The position numbers and the translations under genes are program-made. From an uncultured Sphaerobacteraceae bacterium (GTDB lineage Bacteria; Chloroflexota; Chloroflexia; Thermomicrobiales; UBA6265), in NCBI GenBank assembly GCA_964526965.1, contig CAZGML010000005.1:8973-72972 (forward strand): DNA of 64,000 nucleotides, read 5' to 3'. The notes under the pieces are model-generated. The model saw only the letters and a program-made list of their open reading frames with translations, searched no databases and was not told the DNA's origin. Below, in pieces: positions 7,889 to 17,428 of the stretch (positions are counted from its first letter, which is position 1; every line of letters starts with the position of its first letter).

Positions 7889-9682
7889 TTATGCATCAAC
7901 CCAGGCGCGGTTCAGCCACCAGAAGGCGCTGTAGCCGTTCGGGAAGAAGTTGTGAACTCGTGGGCTTGCACCCATGATGTTCTGGCGGAATACGTTGATT
8001 CCGATGGCAGCGTCGTCATTGACGATATTCGACATTTCCTGAAGAATCTCAATGCGAGCTTCCTGGTCAACTTCGGTCTTGGATGGCTCAATGAGCGCAT
8101 CGTAGTCCGGGTTGCTGTAGCGCATGCTGTTGAAGCCGTTCGGCGGAGTGGATTCGGTGGCGAACATGGCGTCCTGGCCACCATCGATGCTCCACTGGAA
8201 GCCCTGAACACACACGCCGTAGTTACCGGCATCGGTGTCATCAAGCAGGGTCTGGAACGGCACGGCCGAGGTGATCGCCTCGATACCAACTTCGCTCCAT
8301 GCGTCCTGCATGTACGGGATCTGCACCGGGTACGTGGTTGTACCTTCGGAGTACATCACGTCCATGGTCAGCTTCTGGCCATCCTTCTCGCGGATACCAT
8401 CGCCATCTTCGTCGACCCAGCCAGCTTCCTCGAGGAGGGACATGGCCATTTCCGGATCGTAGTTGTAGATGGTGTTGACGCTGCTCGGATCGTACGCAAT
8501 CGAGAGAACCGGCTGCGTACCATCGGCCTGGATGGCGTAACCGAAGTACACCATGTCGGCGAGCAGGGTGCGGTCGAGTGCGTAAAGCATGGCCTGGCGC
8601 ACGCGAACATCTGTGTAGAGTTCGGTCTTGGTCTCGTCCTGGTTGCAGTGGTAGTAGTTCATGCTCGTGGTGTCATATGCCACGATCTGCAGTTCAGGGT
8701 TGGACTCGGCAATTACGTCGGCGCTGTCGAAGCCGATACCACCGATGTCGGATCCACCAGACTGCAGGGATGCAATCACGGTGTTGCCGTCGGCAACAAC
8801 CTGGTAGATGAAGCGATCGATGTTCGGCACCTGGTCCGGCTGCCAGTAATCTTCGTTCTTCACGAGGGAAACGGTCTCGCCGAGGTTCCACTCTTCGAAC
8901 TTGAATGGGCCGGTGCCCACAACGCGGGACGGATCGGTTCCGGTGGAACCACCATCGCTCGGCCAGTCAGCCGGGTCAACATCAGCCCAGATGTGTGCCG
9001 GCAGAATGCCGAACTGACCAAGGGCCTCAGTCAGGAAGATACCGGACGGAGCCTTGGCGTAGAACTTGACGGTGTAGTCGTCAACGGCTTCGTAGCTGTC
9101 GAGAACGCTCTCAACGGTGACCTTGCGGACACTCTGGCTGTTCTCGGCGAGGGCACCGTCGAATGTGGCGATCACGTCTTCAGAGGTGAAGGGCTCGCCG
9201 TCGTGCCAAACGATGTTTTCGTTCAGGTAGATGGTGTACTCAAGGCCATCGGCGCTGATTTCCCAGCCATCGGCGAGGCCGGTGGGGATATCAGTGCCGT
9301 CAACAACCGAGCCACCAATGAGGGTCTCGAAAACCTGGTTCCAGATGTAGCTGGAGTAGACGTCCGTCGAGAGCACCGGGTTAAGCGTACCGATGTCGGT
9401 GCTTTCCTGGTAAATGATCTCGCCGCCCATGTTTTCGGGCTCTTCGAAATCAAATGCTTCTTCGATGGTGGCCATGGCCTCTTCGCGGGTCATGGTGTTG
9501 GTAATAACTTCGCCACCGCCAGATGGGCTTGCCTCTGGCGTCTGCGCGGCTGCCGAGCGTGCCAGCATACCTGCTGCACCGGCGCTTACGCCAAGAGCAG
9601 TTGCGCGGCGCATAAAGCCTCGGCGACTTACTTTGCCTTCGCGGAGCTGATCCACAAGGGCATTGATCTCCAACTTGTTCAT
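7889..9682 (-). CDS. ABC transporter substrate-binding protein, family 5 (peptide/nickel), with a Tat-type signal
   Basis: The 597-aa product has the twin-arginine motif SRRGFMRRATALGVSAGAAGMLARSAAA. Its size and composition are typical of OppA/DppA-like proteins. Confidence 0.85.
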   Translation of the reverse strand: MNKLEINALVDQLREGKVSRRGFMRRATALGVSAGAAGMLARSAAAQTPEASPSGGGEVITNTMTREEAMATIEEAFDFEEPENMGGEIIYQESTDIGTLNPVLSTDVYSSYIWNQVFETLIGGSVVDGTDIPTGLADGWEISADGLEYTIYLNENIVWHDGEPFTSEDVIATFDGALAENSQSVRKVTVESVLDSYEAVDDYTVKFYAKAPSGIFLTEALGQFGILPAHIWADVDPADWPSDGGSTGTDPSRVVGTGPFKFEEWNLGETVSLVKNEDYWQPDQVPNIDRFIYQVVADGNTVIASLQSGGSDIGGIGFDSADVIAESNPELQIVAYDTTSMNYYHCNQDETKTELYTDVRVRQAMLYALDRTLLADMVYFGYAIQADGTQPVLSIAYDPSSVNTIYNYDPEMAMSLLEEAGWVDEDGDGIREKDGQKLTMDVMYSEGTTTYPVQIPYMQDAWSEVGIEAITSAVPFQTLLDDTDAGNYGVCVQGFQWSIDGGQDAMFATESTPPNGFNSMRYSNPDYDALIEPSKTEVDQEARIEILQEMSNIVNDDAAIGINVFRQNIMGASPRVHNFFPNGYSAFWWLNRAWVDA

Positions 9683-10083
9683 GCTTTAGACCCCCTAGTC
9701 TAAATACTCGCTGAAGCGCCAACTCTGACGCTCCATCGGCTCAGGATGGCAACGTGTATCCTGAACACACCGTAACGCTACGCGCAGGTATACACCTATT
9801 GTGATACTCAGCCGCATGGAAATTCAACGTGAGAACGCTGGGAATGTGGAGTTCCAGGTACGAACACGGTCTGCGACGTGGTGCTCATTCGCCACCTTTG
9901 CAGCCGCTGTTCCACATTGAACCGGCAATTCTTGCGCGTGAACCCTGCTCGCTTATCAACTCAAGGCGATATCTACGAGTCCAATAATAAGCGCAAAACC
10001 CCCGCGGGGCAAATGGAGTTGAATTTTGTGTTCAACCAGATACCTGGTCCAAACCCCGATCCGCGCATCGTTGACGGGTTTCC

Positions 10084-10112
10084 TTGACACCCTTCGCATT
10101 ACCACGTACTAT
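10084..10112 (+). promoter_or_regulatory. Sigma-70-type promoter for tRNA-Glu
   Basis: TTGACA (10084-10089), a 17-nt spacer and TACTAT (10107-10112). The tRNA starts 13 nt downstream. Confidence 0.7.
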
Positions 10113-10124
10113 TCATCCCGCTGC

Positions 10125-10201
10125 GCCCCGTTAGTCTAGTGGCCCAGGACGTCACCCTTTCAAGGTGAAGACCACCGGTTCGAATCCGGTACGGGGTACC
10201 A
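10125..10201 (+). tRNA. tRNA-Glu (anticodon UUC), CCA encoded
   Basis: Manual cloverleaf: acceptor GCCCCGT/ACGGGGT, anticodon stem TCACC/GGTGA, loop CTTTCAA, T arm ACCGG-TTCGAAT-CCGGT. Confidence 0.9.
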
Positions 10202-10234
10202 GAGGCCAGAGCATTGCTCTGGCCTCTTCTCGTT
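10201..10234 (+). terminator. Rho-independent terminator after tRNA-Glu
   Basis: AGAGGCCAGAG-cattg-CTCTGGCCTCT is followed by TCTCGTT. Confidence 0.65.
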
Positions 10235-10265
10235 AACTCGCACGTTCATTGAGGAGGACCGATTC

Positions 10266-10745
10266 GTGCCGACTGCGGAGCAGATCATCTCAACCCTGAA
10301 CCTGCAACCCTTGGAAGGCGAGGGCGGGTTCTTCCGCCGATCGTGGACGCTTCCGTCAGAATCTGGTCCACCGCTTGCTACAGCTATCTATTACCTGATG
10401 ACCCCGGAATCGTTCAGCGCACTCCATCGGCTCTATGCAGACGAACTCTTCCACTTCTATATGGGAGACCCCTGCGAGCAAATCGTCATTGACGAACACG
10501 GAACCCTCACAACAACGACCCTCGGCAGCGACATTCTCGCTGGCCAGCAGGTGCAAACCTCTGTGCCGAAAGGCCATTGGCAGGGAGCCCGCTTGTTGGA
10601 AGGTGGCGAGTGGGCGTTGCTCGGCACGACCATGACCCCCGGCTTTTACGAAGATGGGTTCGAACTGGCCACGCAGGATGACCTAAACGCCCTGCCGCCC
10701 GAAGTCGCCACCATAGCTACCAGCTATTTGGCCAACGGGGCATAA
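10266..10745 (+). CDS. Cupin-fold protein, DUF985-like
   Basis: The 159-aa product starts at a GTG behind GAGGAGG and contains LEGEGGFFRRSW and HRLYADELFHFYMGDP. Confidence 0.6.
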   Translation: MPTAEQIISTLNLQPLEGEGGFFRRSWTLPSESGPPLATAIYYLMTPESFSALHRLYADELFHFYMGDPCEQIVIDEHGTLTTTTLGSDILAGQQVQTSVPKGHWQGARLLEGGEWALLGTTMTPGFYEDGFELATQDDLNALPPEVATIATSYLANGA

Positions 10746-10802
10746 TAGGAACAATTCGTCACGACGTGGCTCGTTTTGTGTGTATCAGGTGAGGAGCGAA
10801 CT

Positions 10803-11783
10803 TTGGATATTATTCTTCCGGTTGCAGGATTGGGCAGTCGATTACGGCCACATACCTGGAGCAAGCCGAAGCCGCTGGTGACCGTTGCCGGCAAGGCCAT
10901 GATGGCGCATGTGCTCGATCGCGTGATGCCGCTTAAGCCCGGCAAGATCGTGTTCATCACCGGCTACCTCGGTGACCAGATTGAGGCGTGGGCACGCGAA
11001 AACTATCCTGATACGGAACTGGTTTTCGTTGAGCAGCCCGAAATGCTCGGCCAAAGCGATGCGCTCTACCGCACGCGTGAGCATGTGGATGGCGACGCGC
11101 TGATGATCTTCCCGGATGCGCTTTTCGAAGCCAGCTTCAACAAAATCGCCGATTCCACAGCCGATGGCATCGCCTACACCTATTATGTAGAAGACCCAAG
11201 TGCCTACGGTGTGGCCCTGCTCGATGATGACGGGTTCATCACCCGGTTGATCGAGAAGCCGCAGGAGCCTGTGTCCCACGAGGCGCTCACTGGCATCTAC
11301 TACTTCCGCGAATGGCAGAAGTTGATGCAGGCCATCGAAAAGCAGTTCGAGCAGGAGATCATGCTCAAGGGCGAGTACTTCATTGCCGATGCAATTCAGA
11401 TCATGATCGACGAAGGCGCGAAGTTCGAAATCGAGCAGATCAAGGTCTGGGAAGATTGCGGCAACGCCGAAGCACTCCTGAATGCCAATCGCTACCTGCT
11501 CGGGTCCGAGCCGCCCAGCCCGGCCCAGCGCACCGGCAGCCTCATCGTTCCACCCAGCTACGTGCACCGCGATGCCGTGCTGGAAGACGCTGTTGTCGGC
11601 CCGTACGCCAGCATCGGCTCGGGTACCGTGGTGCGCAACAGCGTGATTCGCGATTCGATCGTTGAAGATGACTCAGAAGTGGTAGACGCAATCCTGCAGC
11701 AGTCCGTTGTAGGTAGCAAGGTCACCATCCATGGCAGCGCTCGCAGCATTAGCGTGGGCGAAAACGGCAAGGTATACCTGTGA
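10803..11783 (+). CDS. Sugar-phosphate nucleotidyltransferase with a C-terminal left-handed beta-helix region
   Basis: The product contains LDIILPVAGLGSRLRPHTWSKPKPLV, an NTP-transferase G-loop. The C-terminus has hexapeptide-like repeats. The likely start is the TTG at 10803 after GAGGAG; the ORF track starts at 10776. Confidence 0.75.
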   Translation: MDIILPVAGLGSRLRPHTWSKPKPLVTVAGKAMMAHVLDRVMPLKPGKIVFITGYLGDQIEAWARENYPDTELVFVEQPEMLGQSDALYRTREHVDGDALMIFPDALFEASFNKIADSTADGIAYTYYVEDPSAYGVALLDDDGFITRLIEKPQEPVSHEALTGIYYFREWQKLMQAIEKQFEQEIMLKGEYFIADAIQIMIDEGAKFEIEQIKVWEDCGNAEALLNANRYLLGSEPPSPAQRTGSLIVPPSYVHRDAVLEDAVVGPYASIGSGTVVRNSVIRDSIVEDDSEVVDAILQQSVVGSKVTIHGSARSISVGENGKVYL

Positions 11784-12757
11784 CCGACGATAACGAGAAG
11801 GCCCCACACAGCATTAGTGTGAACGCCATTACGCATACGCCAGACCGCGTTTGGTACCAGCTATCCGTAGACGTGGACAACGAGGCCGTTGAAGCCGTGA
11901 CCGAGCTCTTTGGTCGCTATGGATTCAACAACGGTGTCGCTATCGACGAGCCCTACGTGCAGGACCAGGATGGCGATAACCTCGGCATCGATCTGGAAAA
12001 GCCGTTCACCATCCATACTTACATCCCCGATGAGGATTTCGATCCGGCGATCATCGAGGAGTTGCGTCAGGCCCTGTATTACCTTGGTCAGTTGCGTGGA
12101 ATCAGCGATGTTCGCGTGACCAATCTGCAGGAGCAGGATTGGGCCAACGCCTGGAAGGAACACTTCCAGGTGCATCGCATCGGCGAGCGCGTGGTGATTC
12201 GTCCGCCCTGGCGCGAGTTCGAGCCCGAAGGTGACGACATCGAAGTAATCCTCGACCCTGGTATGGCGTTCGGAACCGGTCTTCACCCCAGCACGCGTCT
12301 GAGCATGCTTGGTACAGAAGAGGTGGTGAAACCCGGCGATACCGTGCTCGATGTTGGTACCGGTAGCGGCATCCTCGCCTTCGCCGCTGCCAAACTCGGC
12401 GCAGAGAAGGTGGATACCGTCGACGTCGAGACAGTCGCGGTAAAAGCCACCGCCGAAAATGCCGAGCTCAACGATTTGTCAGACAAAATCACGGTTGAAC
12501 TTGGTAGCGTGGGGGAGGGCCAGCCGTTCTGGGGCGAGCAGTACGATGTCGTGCTTGCGAACATCATCTCCCGCATTCTCATCGAACTCTGCGAGCCAAT
12601 CGTGGCGCACGCCAAACCCGGCGGAAAGATCGTGCTCGCCGGCATCATCGAATCTCGCGAACAGGATGTGATCGACGCGTTCGAACAAGCCGGTGCCCGG
12701 GTAACCAACCGTCGCTTCGCGGAGGATTGGGTCAGCCTCGTTCTCACCAGGGATTAA
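11780..12757 (+). CDS. prmA: Ribosomal protein L11 methyltransferase
   Basis: The product contains GMAFGTGLHPSTRLSM and VLDVGTGSGILAFAAAKLGA. The GTGA start overlaps the upstream stop. Confidence 0.88.
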   Translation: MTDDNEKAPHSISVNAITHTPDRVWYQLSVDVDNEAVEAVTELFGRYGFNNGVAIDEPYVQDQDGDNLGIDLEKPFTIHTYIPDEDFDPAIIEELRQALYYLGQLRGISDVRVTNLQEQDWANAWKEHFQVHRIGERVVIRPPWREFEPEGDDIEVILDPGMAFGTGLHPSTRLSMLGTEEVVKPGDTVLDVGTGSGILAFAAAKLGAEKVDTVDVETVAVKATAENAELNDLSDKITVELGSVGEGQPFWGEQYDVVLANIISRILIELCEPIVAHAKPGGKIVLAGIIESREQDVIDAFEQAGARVTNRRFAEDWVSLVLTRD

Positions 12758-12800
12758 CCCGGCGGCACTTGAGATGCGAACAACCGGATAAAGATGTACT

Positions 12801-12831
12801 GGAGCCTGTGGCAACACCTTCCACAGGCTCC
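12801..12831 (+). terminator. Stem-loop after prmA (possible terminator)
   Basis: GGAGCCTGTGG-caacacctt-CCACAGGCTCC is followed by AATATTTG, a weak U-tract. Confidence 0.5.
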
Positions 12832-12938
12832 AATATTTGACCAGCGATATCCATGAATTGTTGGTGCAGACCTCATTGATCGAATCAAACACCTGGCCGA
12901 AAATGGATACAAAAGACGAAGCACCAAAGGAGAACCCC

Positions 12939-14099
12939 ATGCGCTCACCACATCATTTGCACACTCGCGCTGTTCACGCCGGCAGGGACGATTTGACGGA
13001 TTTGGGCGTGCATGCTGTACCCATCGATCTCTCCACCACGTATCCCAATCGCGATATGCACGCCGAAGCAGAGCGGCTCGATCTCCTCACCACCGGTGCC
13101 AGGGACGACGGCCAGCCGGTGTATGCCCGGGTCGATAACCCAACCGTGCACCGCTTCGAGGAAGCACTTGCTTCCATGGAATCCCAGGAAGCTGCAGTCG
13201 CCTTTGCATCCGGCATGGCTGCGCTCACTGCCTGCCTGTTGGCGACCGTTGCCGCTGAAAAACCACATATCGTCGCCGTCCGCCCGCTCTACGGCACGTC
13301 TGATTTCCTGCTCGAATCGGGAATGCTTGGCGTCACAACCACTTTTGTAAATGCCGAAGAAGCCGGGGCAGCTATCCGACCGGATACCGGCCTGGTGATC
13401 GTGGAATCGCCGGCAAACCCCACGTTGGACGAAGTTGACATTCGCAAACTCGTAAACGATTGTGGCGATGTGCCAGTGTTGGTGGACAATACATTTGCGA
13501 CACCGGTTTTGCAGCGCCCGGCCGAACTGGGTGCGTCTATCGTGTTGCATAGCGCCACCAAGTTTCTGGGCGGCCATGGTGATGTGCTGGCTGGCGTTAT
13601 CGCCTGTAGCGAGGAATACGCTCGCGAGATCCGCAATATTCGTTACGCAACCGGCGGTACGTTGCACCCGCTTTCCGGCTACCTGCTCTTGCGTGGACTT
13701 TCGACACTCCCAATCCGAATGCAGGCAGCATCCGAGAACGCACGCATCCTGGCGCATCGGCTGGCAAGCCACCCGGCCATCACCTCGGTCTACTATCCAG
13801 GTCTCAACGCAAGCAGACCGTCTAACCAAATGGAGAGCGGCGGAGCGATGTTGTCGTTCGAAGTAGCAGGCGATCCGGCAGATGTCATTGGCGGCGTCAA
13901 GCTCATCACCCCGGCCGTTAGCCTTGGCAGTGTAGATACGCTCATCCAAAACCCGGCTGCTATCAGTCACCGCATTATGGATCCCGACATTCGCCAGGGA
14001 ATCGGGATTGGAGACAAGCTACTCCGTATGTCCGTGGGCATCGAACATGTCGACGACCTGTGGAATGACCTCTCGCAGACACTCGCGGGAATGGCGTAA
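12939..14099 (+). CDS. PLP-dependent Cys/Met-metabolism enzyme (cystathionine gamma-synthase/beta-lyase/methionine gamma-lyase family)
   Basis: The product contains HSATKFLGGHGDVLAGV, with the PLP lysine in its usual context, and VESPANPTL. The ATG at 12939 follows AAGGAG. Confidence 0.85.
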   Translation: MRSPHHLHTRAVHAGRDDLTDLGVHAVPIDLSTTYPNRDMHAEAERLDLLTTGARDDGQPVYARVDNPTVHRFEEALASMESQEAAVAFASGMAALTACLLATVAAEKPHIVAVRPLYGTSDFLLESGMLGVTTTFVNAEEAGAAIRPDTGLVIVESPANPTLDEVDIRKLVNDCGDVPVLVDNTFATPVLQRPAELGASIVLHSATKFLGGHGDVLAGVIACSEEYAREIRNIRYATGGTLHPLSGYLLLRGLSTLPIRMQAASENARILAHRLASHPAITSVYYPGLNASRPSNQMESGGAMLSFEVAGDPADVIGGVKLITPAVSLGSVDTLIQNPAAISHRIMDPDIRQGIGIGDKLLRMSVGIEHVDDLWNDLSQTLAGMA

Positions 14100-14117
14100 A
14101 CCGGATTAAGACAATGA

Positions 14118-14148
14118 GGCGGACGTCTCTCGAAGGGAAACGTCCGCC
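14118..14148. terminator. Bidirectional stem-loop between convergent genes
   Basis: GGCGGACGT-13 nt-ACGTCCGCC forms a 9-bp perfect stem. Confidence 0.55.
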
Positions 14149-14172
14149 GGTCTTCATTGCGCAAGTTTTAGC

Positions 14173-15081
14173 CTAGAACATCCAGTACCAGACACCGGCA
14201 GCAACCAGCGCTGTAATCACCACCAGGATGATCACCGGCACCAGGATGCTGGTGCCATGCTCTGCACGATGCTCGGCCAGCTCGCGGATGATCTCCTCCC
14301 TCTGCGTGGTGGCGGCACTGCTACCAACGGCGAGCACAATGGCACTCACGTTGTCTGTAGTCTTGCGCTGGGTGGCGAGGTCGGTGAGGGCAACCGCCGA
14401 GCTTTGGGCATCTTCGCCGCTCATCAGTTGCAGGTAGTCCTCCTGCTGCAGCACATCGTAGAAGCCATCGCTGCAGAGCAGCAGGCGGTCCTCTGGTAGC
14501 AGCACAAGCTCATAAATCGCCGGCAGCCGCTTCTCCAGCTTCTCCGCAGTTCCCAGTGCGGCTGTGAGCTGGTTACGGGCCGGACTCTTGCGGCTTTCAC
14601 CATCATCGATCTCGCCAGCCGCTACCTGCTCGGCAACCACGCTGTGATCCTGCGTAATCTGGGTTAGCTGGTTGGCCCGCATGAGATAGGCGCGCGAATC
14701 TCCGACATTGGCGATCGTCACGTACTTGCCGCGAACCACTGCGCTCACCAGCGTTGTGCCAGGGCGCGAATCCGGTGTGGTGCCAGCGTTGTATATCGCC
14801 TCGTTGGCACGTCGGTAGGCCTGTTTCAGGGCCAGGGCAGCGTCCGGCTGGGGAGTATCGGCGAAGGTCTCCTTCAACGTCTCTATCGCCAGCGAACTGG
14901 CCATATCGCCATCGGCGTGACCTCCCATGCCGTCGGCCACTGCCAACACCCAGCCGCCATCTGGCAGGTCGGCTGTTGGGGCCGTTTCCTCCACCAAAAT
15001 CGCGTCTTCGTTGTTTGGTCGTCCACCGGTCTGGCTGACTCCACCAACCTGCAACTGAAGTTCGGGTGCCTGTGTAATCAC
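14173..15081 (-). CDS. PP2C-family Ser/Thr protein phosphatase with a C-terminal TM anchor
   Basis: The product contains RPNNEDAILV and LAVADGMGGHADGDMAS. The C-terminus reads ILVPVIILVVITALVAAGVWYWMF. Confidence 0.85.
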   Translation of the reverse strand: MITQAPELQLQVGGVSQTGGRPNNEDAILVEETAPTADLPDGGWVLAVADGMGGHADGDMASSLAIETLKETFADTPQPDAALALKQAYRRANEAIYNAGTTPDSRPGTTLVSAVVRGKYVTIANVGDSRAYLMRANQLTQITQDHSVVAEQVAAGEIDDGESRKSPARNQLTAALGTAEKLEKRLPAIYELVLLPEDRLLLCSDGFYDVLQQEDYLQLMSGEDAQSSAVALTDLATQRKTTDNVSAIVLAVGSSAATTQREEIIRELAEHRAEHGTSILVPVIILVVITALVAAGVWYWMF

Positions 15082-15205
15082 GTAGTGCCTCCGCAGAAAT
15101 TCGTTTCCATTCCGGTAGCGCTTACTGCGCGTACAGGCAGATGATACCGTACACTCGAAGCGACGACCGAATGCGATTTAGTCACACGTCACGAGGTGTT
15201 ATTGC

Positions 15206-15874
15206 ATGGCACAACCATTGATCATCGGACCTTCTGTTCTCTCCGCCGATTTCCTTAGCCTGGGTAATCAACTCAAGGAACTGGAAGAGGGAGGGGCCGA
15301 TTACATTCATTTCGATGTAATGGATGGTGTTTTTGTGCCAAATATCAGCATTGGGTTGCCAGTGCTGAAAGCAACAGCTGCTGGCACATCGCTGCCAGTC
15401 GATGTGCACCTGATGATCGTTGAACCAGACAGGTGGGTCGACCATTTCGCCGACGCCGGAGCCGATGCCATCACCTTTCATGCGGAGGCGACTCCGCACG
15501 TGCATCGTGTGGTGCAGGCGATCAAATCGCGCGGGAAGCAGGCCGGGGTCAGCATCAACCCATCAACATCACTCACAGCCGTTGAGGAGATCCTGCCCGA
15601 GGTCGACCAGATCCTCGTGATGAGTGTGAACCCCGGGTTCGGTGGCCAGAGCTTTATCGAGCCATCCATTCGCAAGATCGAGCGCCTGCGCCGCATGATC
15701 GACGAGGTGAATCCCACCTGTCGCTTGCAGGTAGATGGTGGCATTAACGAAGACAATATCGGCCGGGTTGTCACCGCGGGTGCAGATAGCATTGTTGCTG
15801 GTAGTGCCACATTTGCCGAAGGCCGCAGCATAGCCGATAACATTGCCGCGCTGAAACGACAGGCCGGGCGCTAG
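15206..15874 (+). CDS. rpe: Ribulose-phosphate 3-epimerase
   Basis: The product contains IHFDVMDGVFVPNIS and VMSVNPGFGGQSFI. Confidence 0.93.
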   Translation: MAQPLIIGPSVLSADFLSLGNQLKELEEGGADYIHFDVMDGVFVPNISIGLPVLKATAAGTSLPVDVHLMIVEPDRWVDHFADAGADAITFHAEATPHVHRVVQAIKSRGKQAGVSINPSTSLTAVEEILPEVDQILVMSVNPGFGGQSFIEPSIRKIERLRRMIDEVNPTCRLQVDGGINEDNIGRVVTAGADSIVAGSATFAEGRSIADNIAALKRQAGR

Positions 15875-15944
15875 GCTCCATACGAACTCCGTAAGCGTAT
15901 CGAGTACGATTTGATCTGATGGTCCGATTTCGCATGGAGCAAGC

Positions 15945-16667
15945 ATGCTGAAGAAGCTACTGCGGTTTCTTACCACGTCTCGCAACAATCACCTTGATCC
16001 CAACCGGATTGCACCCTCCAGGAGCCTCGTGGGGCTACTCTGGAGCGTCGCCGCCATTGGCGCGTTTTCTATTCTGTTCACCAGGGTTCGCAAGAACCGC
16101 ACGCAGGATGTTGATGTAAAGATCACCCACACCGTGCAGGTGGAGGGCAAGCGTCACCGGTGGTTCGATCGCCTCATGCACATCGTTAGCTGGCCTGGAT
16201 TTCCTCCGCAAAGCCGAATCATTCCGCCTGGTTTGGCGGTCCTTCTGTGGTTTCGCGGGTTTCGCCTTGAAGCTGTCTTTCAACTTTTGGCATGGGGAAC
16301 CGGCGGGGTCAGTTCGGTCTTCAAACGGATCATGAGGCGAGAGCGGCCTGGTCCGCAGCATCCACACCTTACCGTGGTCCCGGCGAATATCGGTGGAACC
16401 AGCTTCCCCAGTGGACACGTCATAATCTACACAGGCGTATACGGGTTCCTGGCCTATCTTTGCACGTTATGGATTGAAACAAAGAGCGTTCGGCGCGTGG
16501 TTGTGGGCGCGCTTACCGGGCTCGTGGCGCTTGTCGGTACCAGTCGGGTCTACCTTGGTCACCACTGGGCTTCCGACACCATGGCCAGTTATTTGCTCGG
16601 TACCACCTACCTGGTGGGCCTCACGTCGTTGTACCGACGCGTGAAGCGATGGAGTCTGCGCAAGTGA
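15945..16667 (+). CDS. PAP2-family membrane phosphatase
   Basis: The three PAP2 motifs are present: KRIMRRERPG, SFPSGHV and SRVYLGHHWASD. Confidence 0.82.
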   Translation: MLKKLLRFLTTSRNNHLDPNRIAPSRSLVGLLWSVAAIGAFSILFTRVRKNRTQDVDVKITHTVQVEGKRHRWFDRLMHIVSWPGFPPQSRIIPPGLAVLLWFRGFRLEAVFQLLAWGTGGVSSVFKRIMRRERPGPQHPHLTVVPANIGGTSFPSGHVIIYTGVYGFLAYLCTLWIETKSVRRVVVGALTGLVALVGTSRVYLGHHWASDTMASYLLGTTYLVGLTSLYRRVKRWSLRK

Positions 16668-16720
16668 CACAGATCAGACACAAACAGTTGGTAGCATTTG
16701 ATCGATTTGGAGGTCCTTGC

Positions 16721-17428
16721 ATGCGCACATATCTGATGAGATTCCTGGTGACCGCGTTGATCATCTCGTTGGTTTCAGCACCACACGCGATGGCCGAAGA
16801 CGAACCGCCCATCGATGATCTGCTCGCCGACACGGCAGAGCGGCTCGAGGAAACCGAGACGATGGACTTCGTGCTGGAACTTGAGGGGACGATCTTTGTA
16901 GACGGCGCCGAAACGATCGAGTTATCCAGCGCCGAAGGTGTAATGCAGCGCCCCAACCGTGTGGATGTCACCTTCACCGCCGTGGTATTGGACAGGCAGC
17001 AAATCAGCATTCGCATGATCAATATCGGGGACGATTCCTGGATCACCGATATCGTCACTGGCCAGTGGGTTCCCAGCCCGCCCGAGTTCGGCTACAACCC
17101 CTCGGTGTTGTACGACGACGAACATGGCTTCGGCCCGGTGATGAGCCGCATGAACGACCCTGAGATCGTTGGTAGCGATGAGATCAACGACCGTGATGCC
17201 TGGCATATCTCTGCGACTGCCGATGGCGAAATCATCCAAAAAATGACCAGTAACACCATGCAGGGCAGTGAGCTCAGTCTCGATGTTTGGGTCGACAAGG
17301 AAACCAACGACATCCTTCAAATCGATATCAGCGAACCTACAGATGAGGGAATCGAAGACCCGGCCACCATGACGCTCAAACTCTCTAATCACGACAAAGA
17401 TGTGACTATTGAGCAGCCAACCGACTAG
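16721..17428 (+). CDS. Secreted LppX/LprAFG-family (LprG-like) lipid-binding-fold protein without a lipobox
   Basis: The ATG at 16721 follows GGAGG. The signal peptide is MRTYLMRFLVTALIISLVSAPHAMA with no Cys. DFVLELEGTI and VWVDKETNDILQIDISEP...MTLKLSNHDKDVTIEQP resemble my recollection of mycobacterial LprG. Confidence 0.55.
   Translation: MRTYLMRFLVTALIISLVSAPHAMAEDEPPIDDLLADTAERLEETETMDFVLELEGTIFVDGAETIELSSAEGVMQRPNRVDVTFTAVVLDRQQISIRMINIGDDSWITDIVTGQWVPSPPEFGYNPSVLYDDEHGFGPVMSRMNDPEIVGSDEINDRDAWHISATADGEIIQKMTSNTMQGSELSLDVWVDKETNDILQIDISEPTDEGIEDPATMTLKLSNHDKDVTIEQPTD

Noticed and set aside
7952-9703. A 583-aa plus-strand ORF.
   Set aside because: It is fully antisense to the well-supported substrate-binding protein gene. 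Its composition is low-complexity and rich in Val, Gly, His, Asp and Arg, as is typical of shadow ORFs in GC-rich DNA. It has no RBS or recognisable motif.
9878-10087. A 69-aa plus-strand ORF in the long intergenic region.
   Set aside because: It has no RBS and ends inside the tRNA-Glu promoter. Its composition is not protein-like.
12758-12938. A SAM or other riboswitch upstream of the Cys/Met PLP-enzyme gene.
   Set aside because: I saw no SAM-I-like conserved cores. The main structure at 12801-12831 is adequately explained as the prmA terminator.
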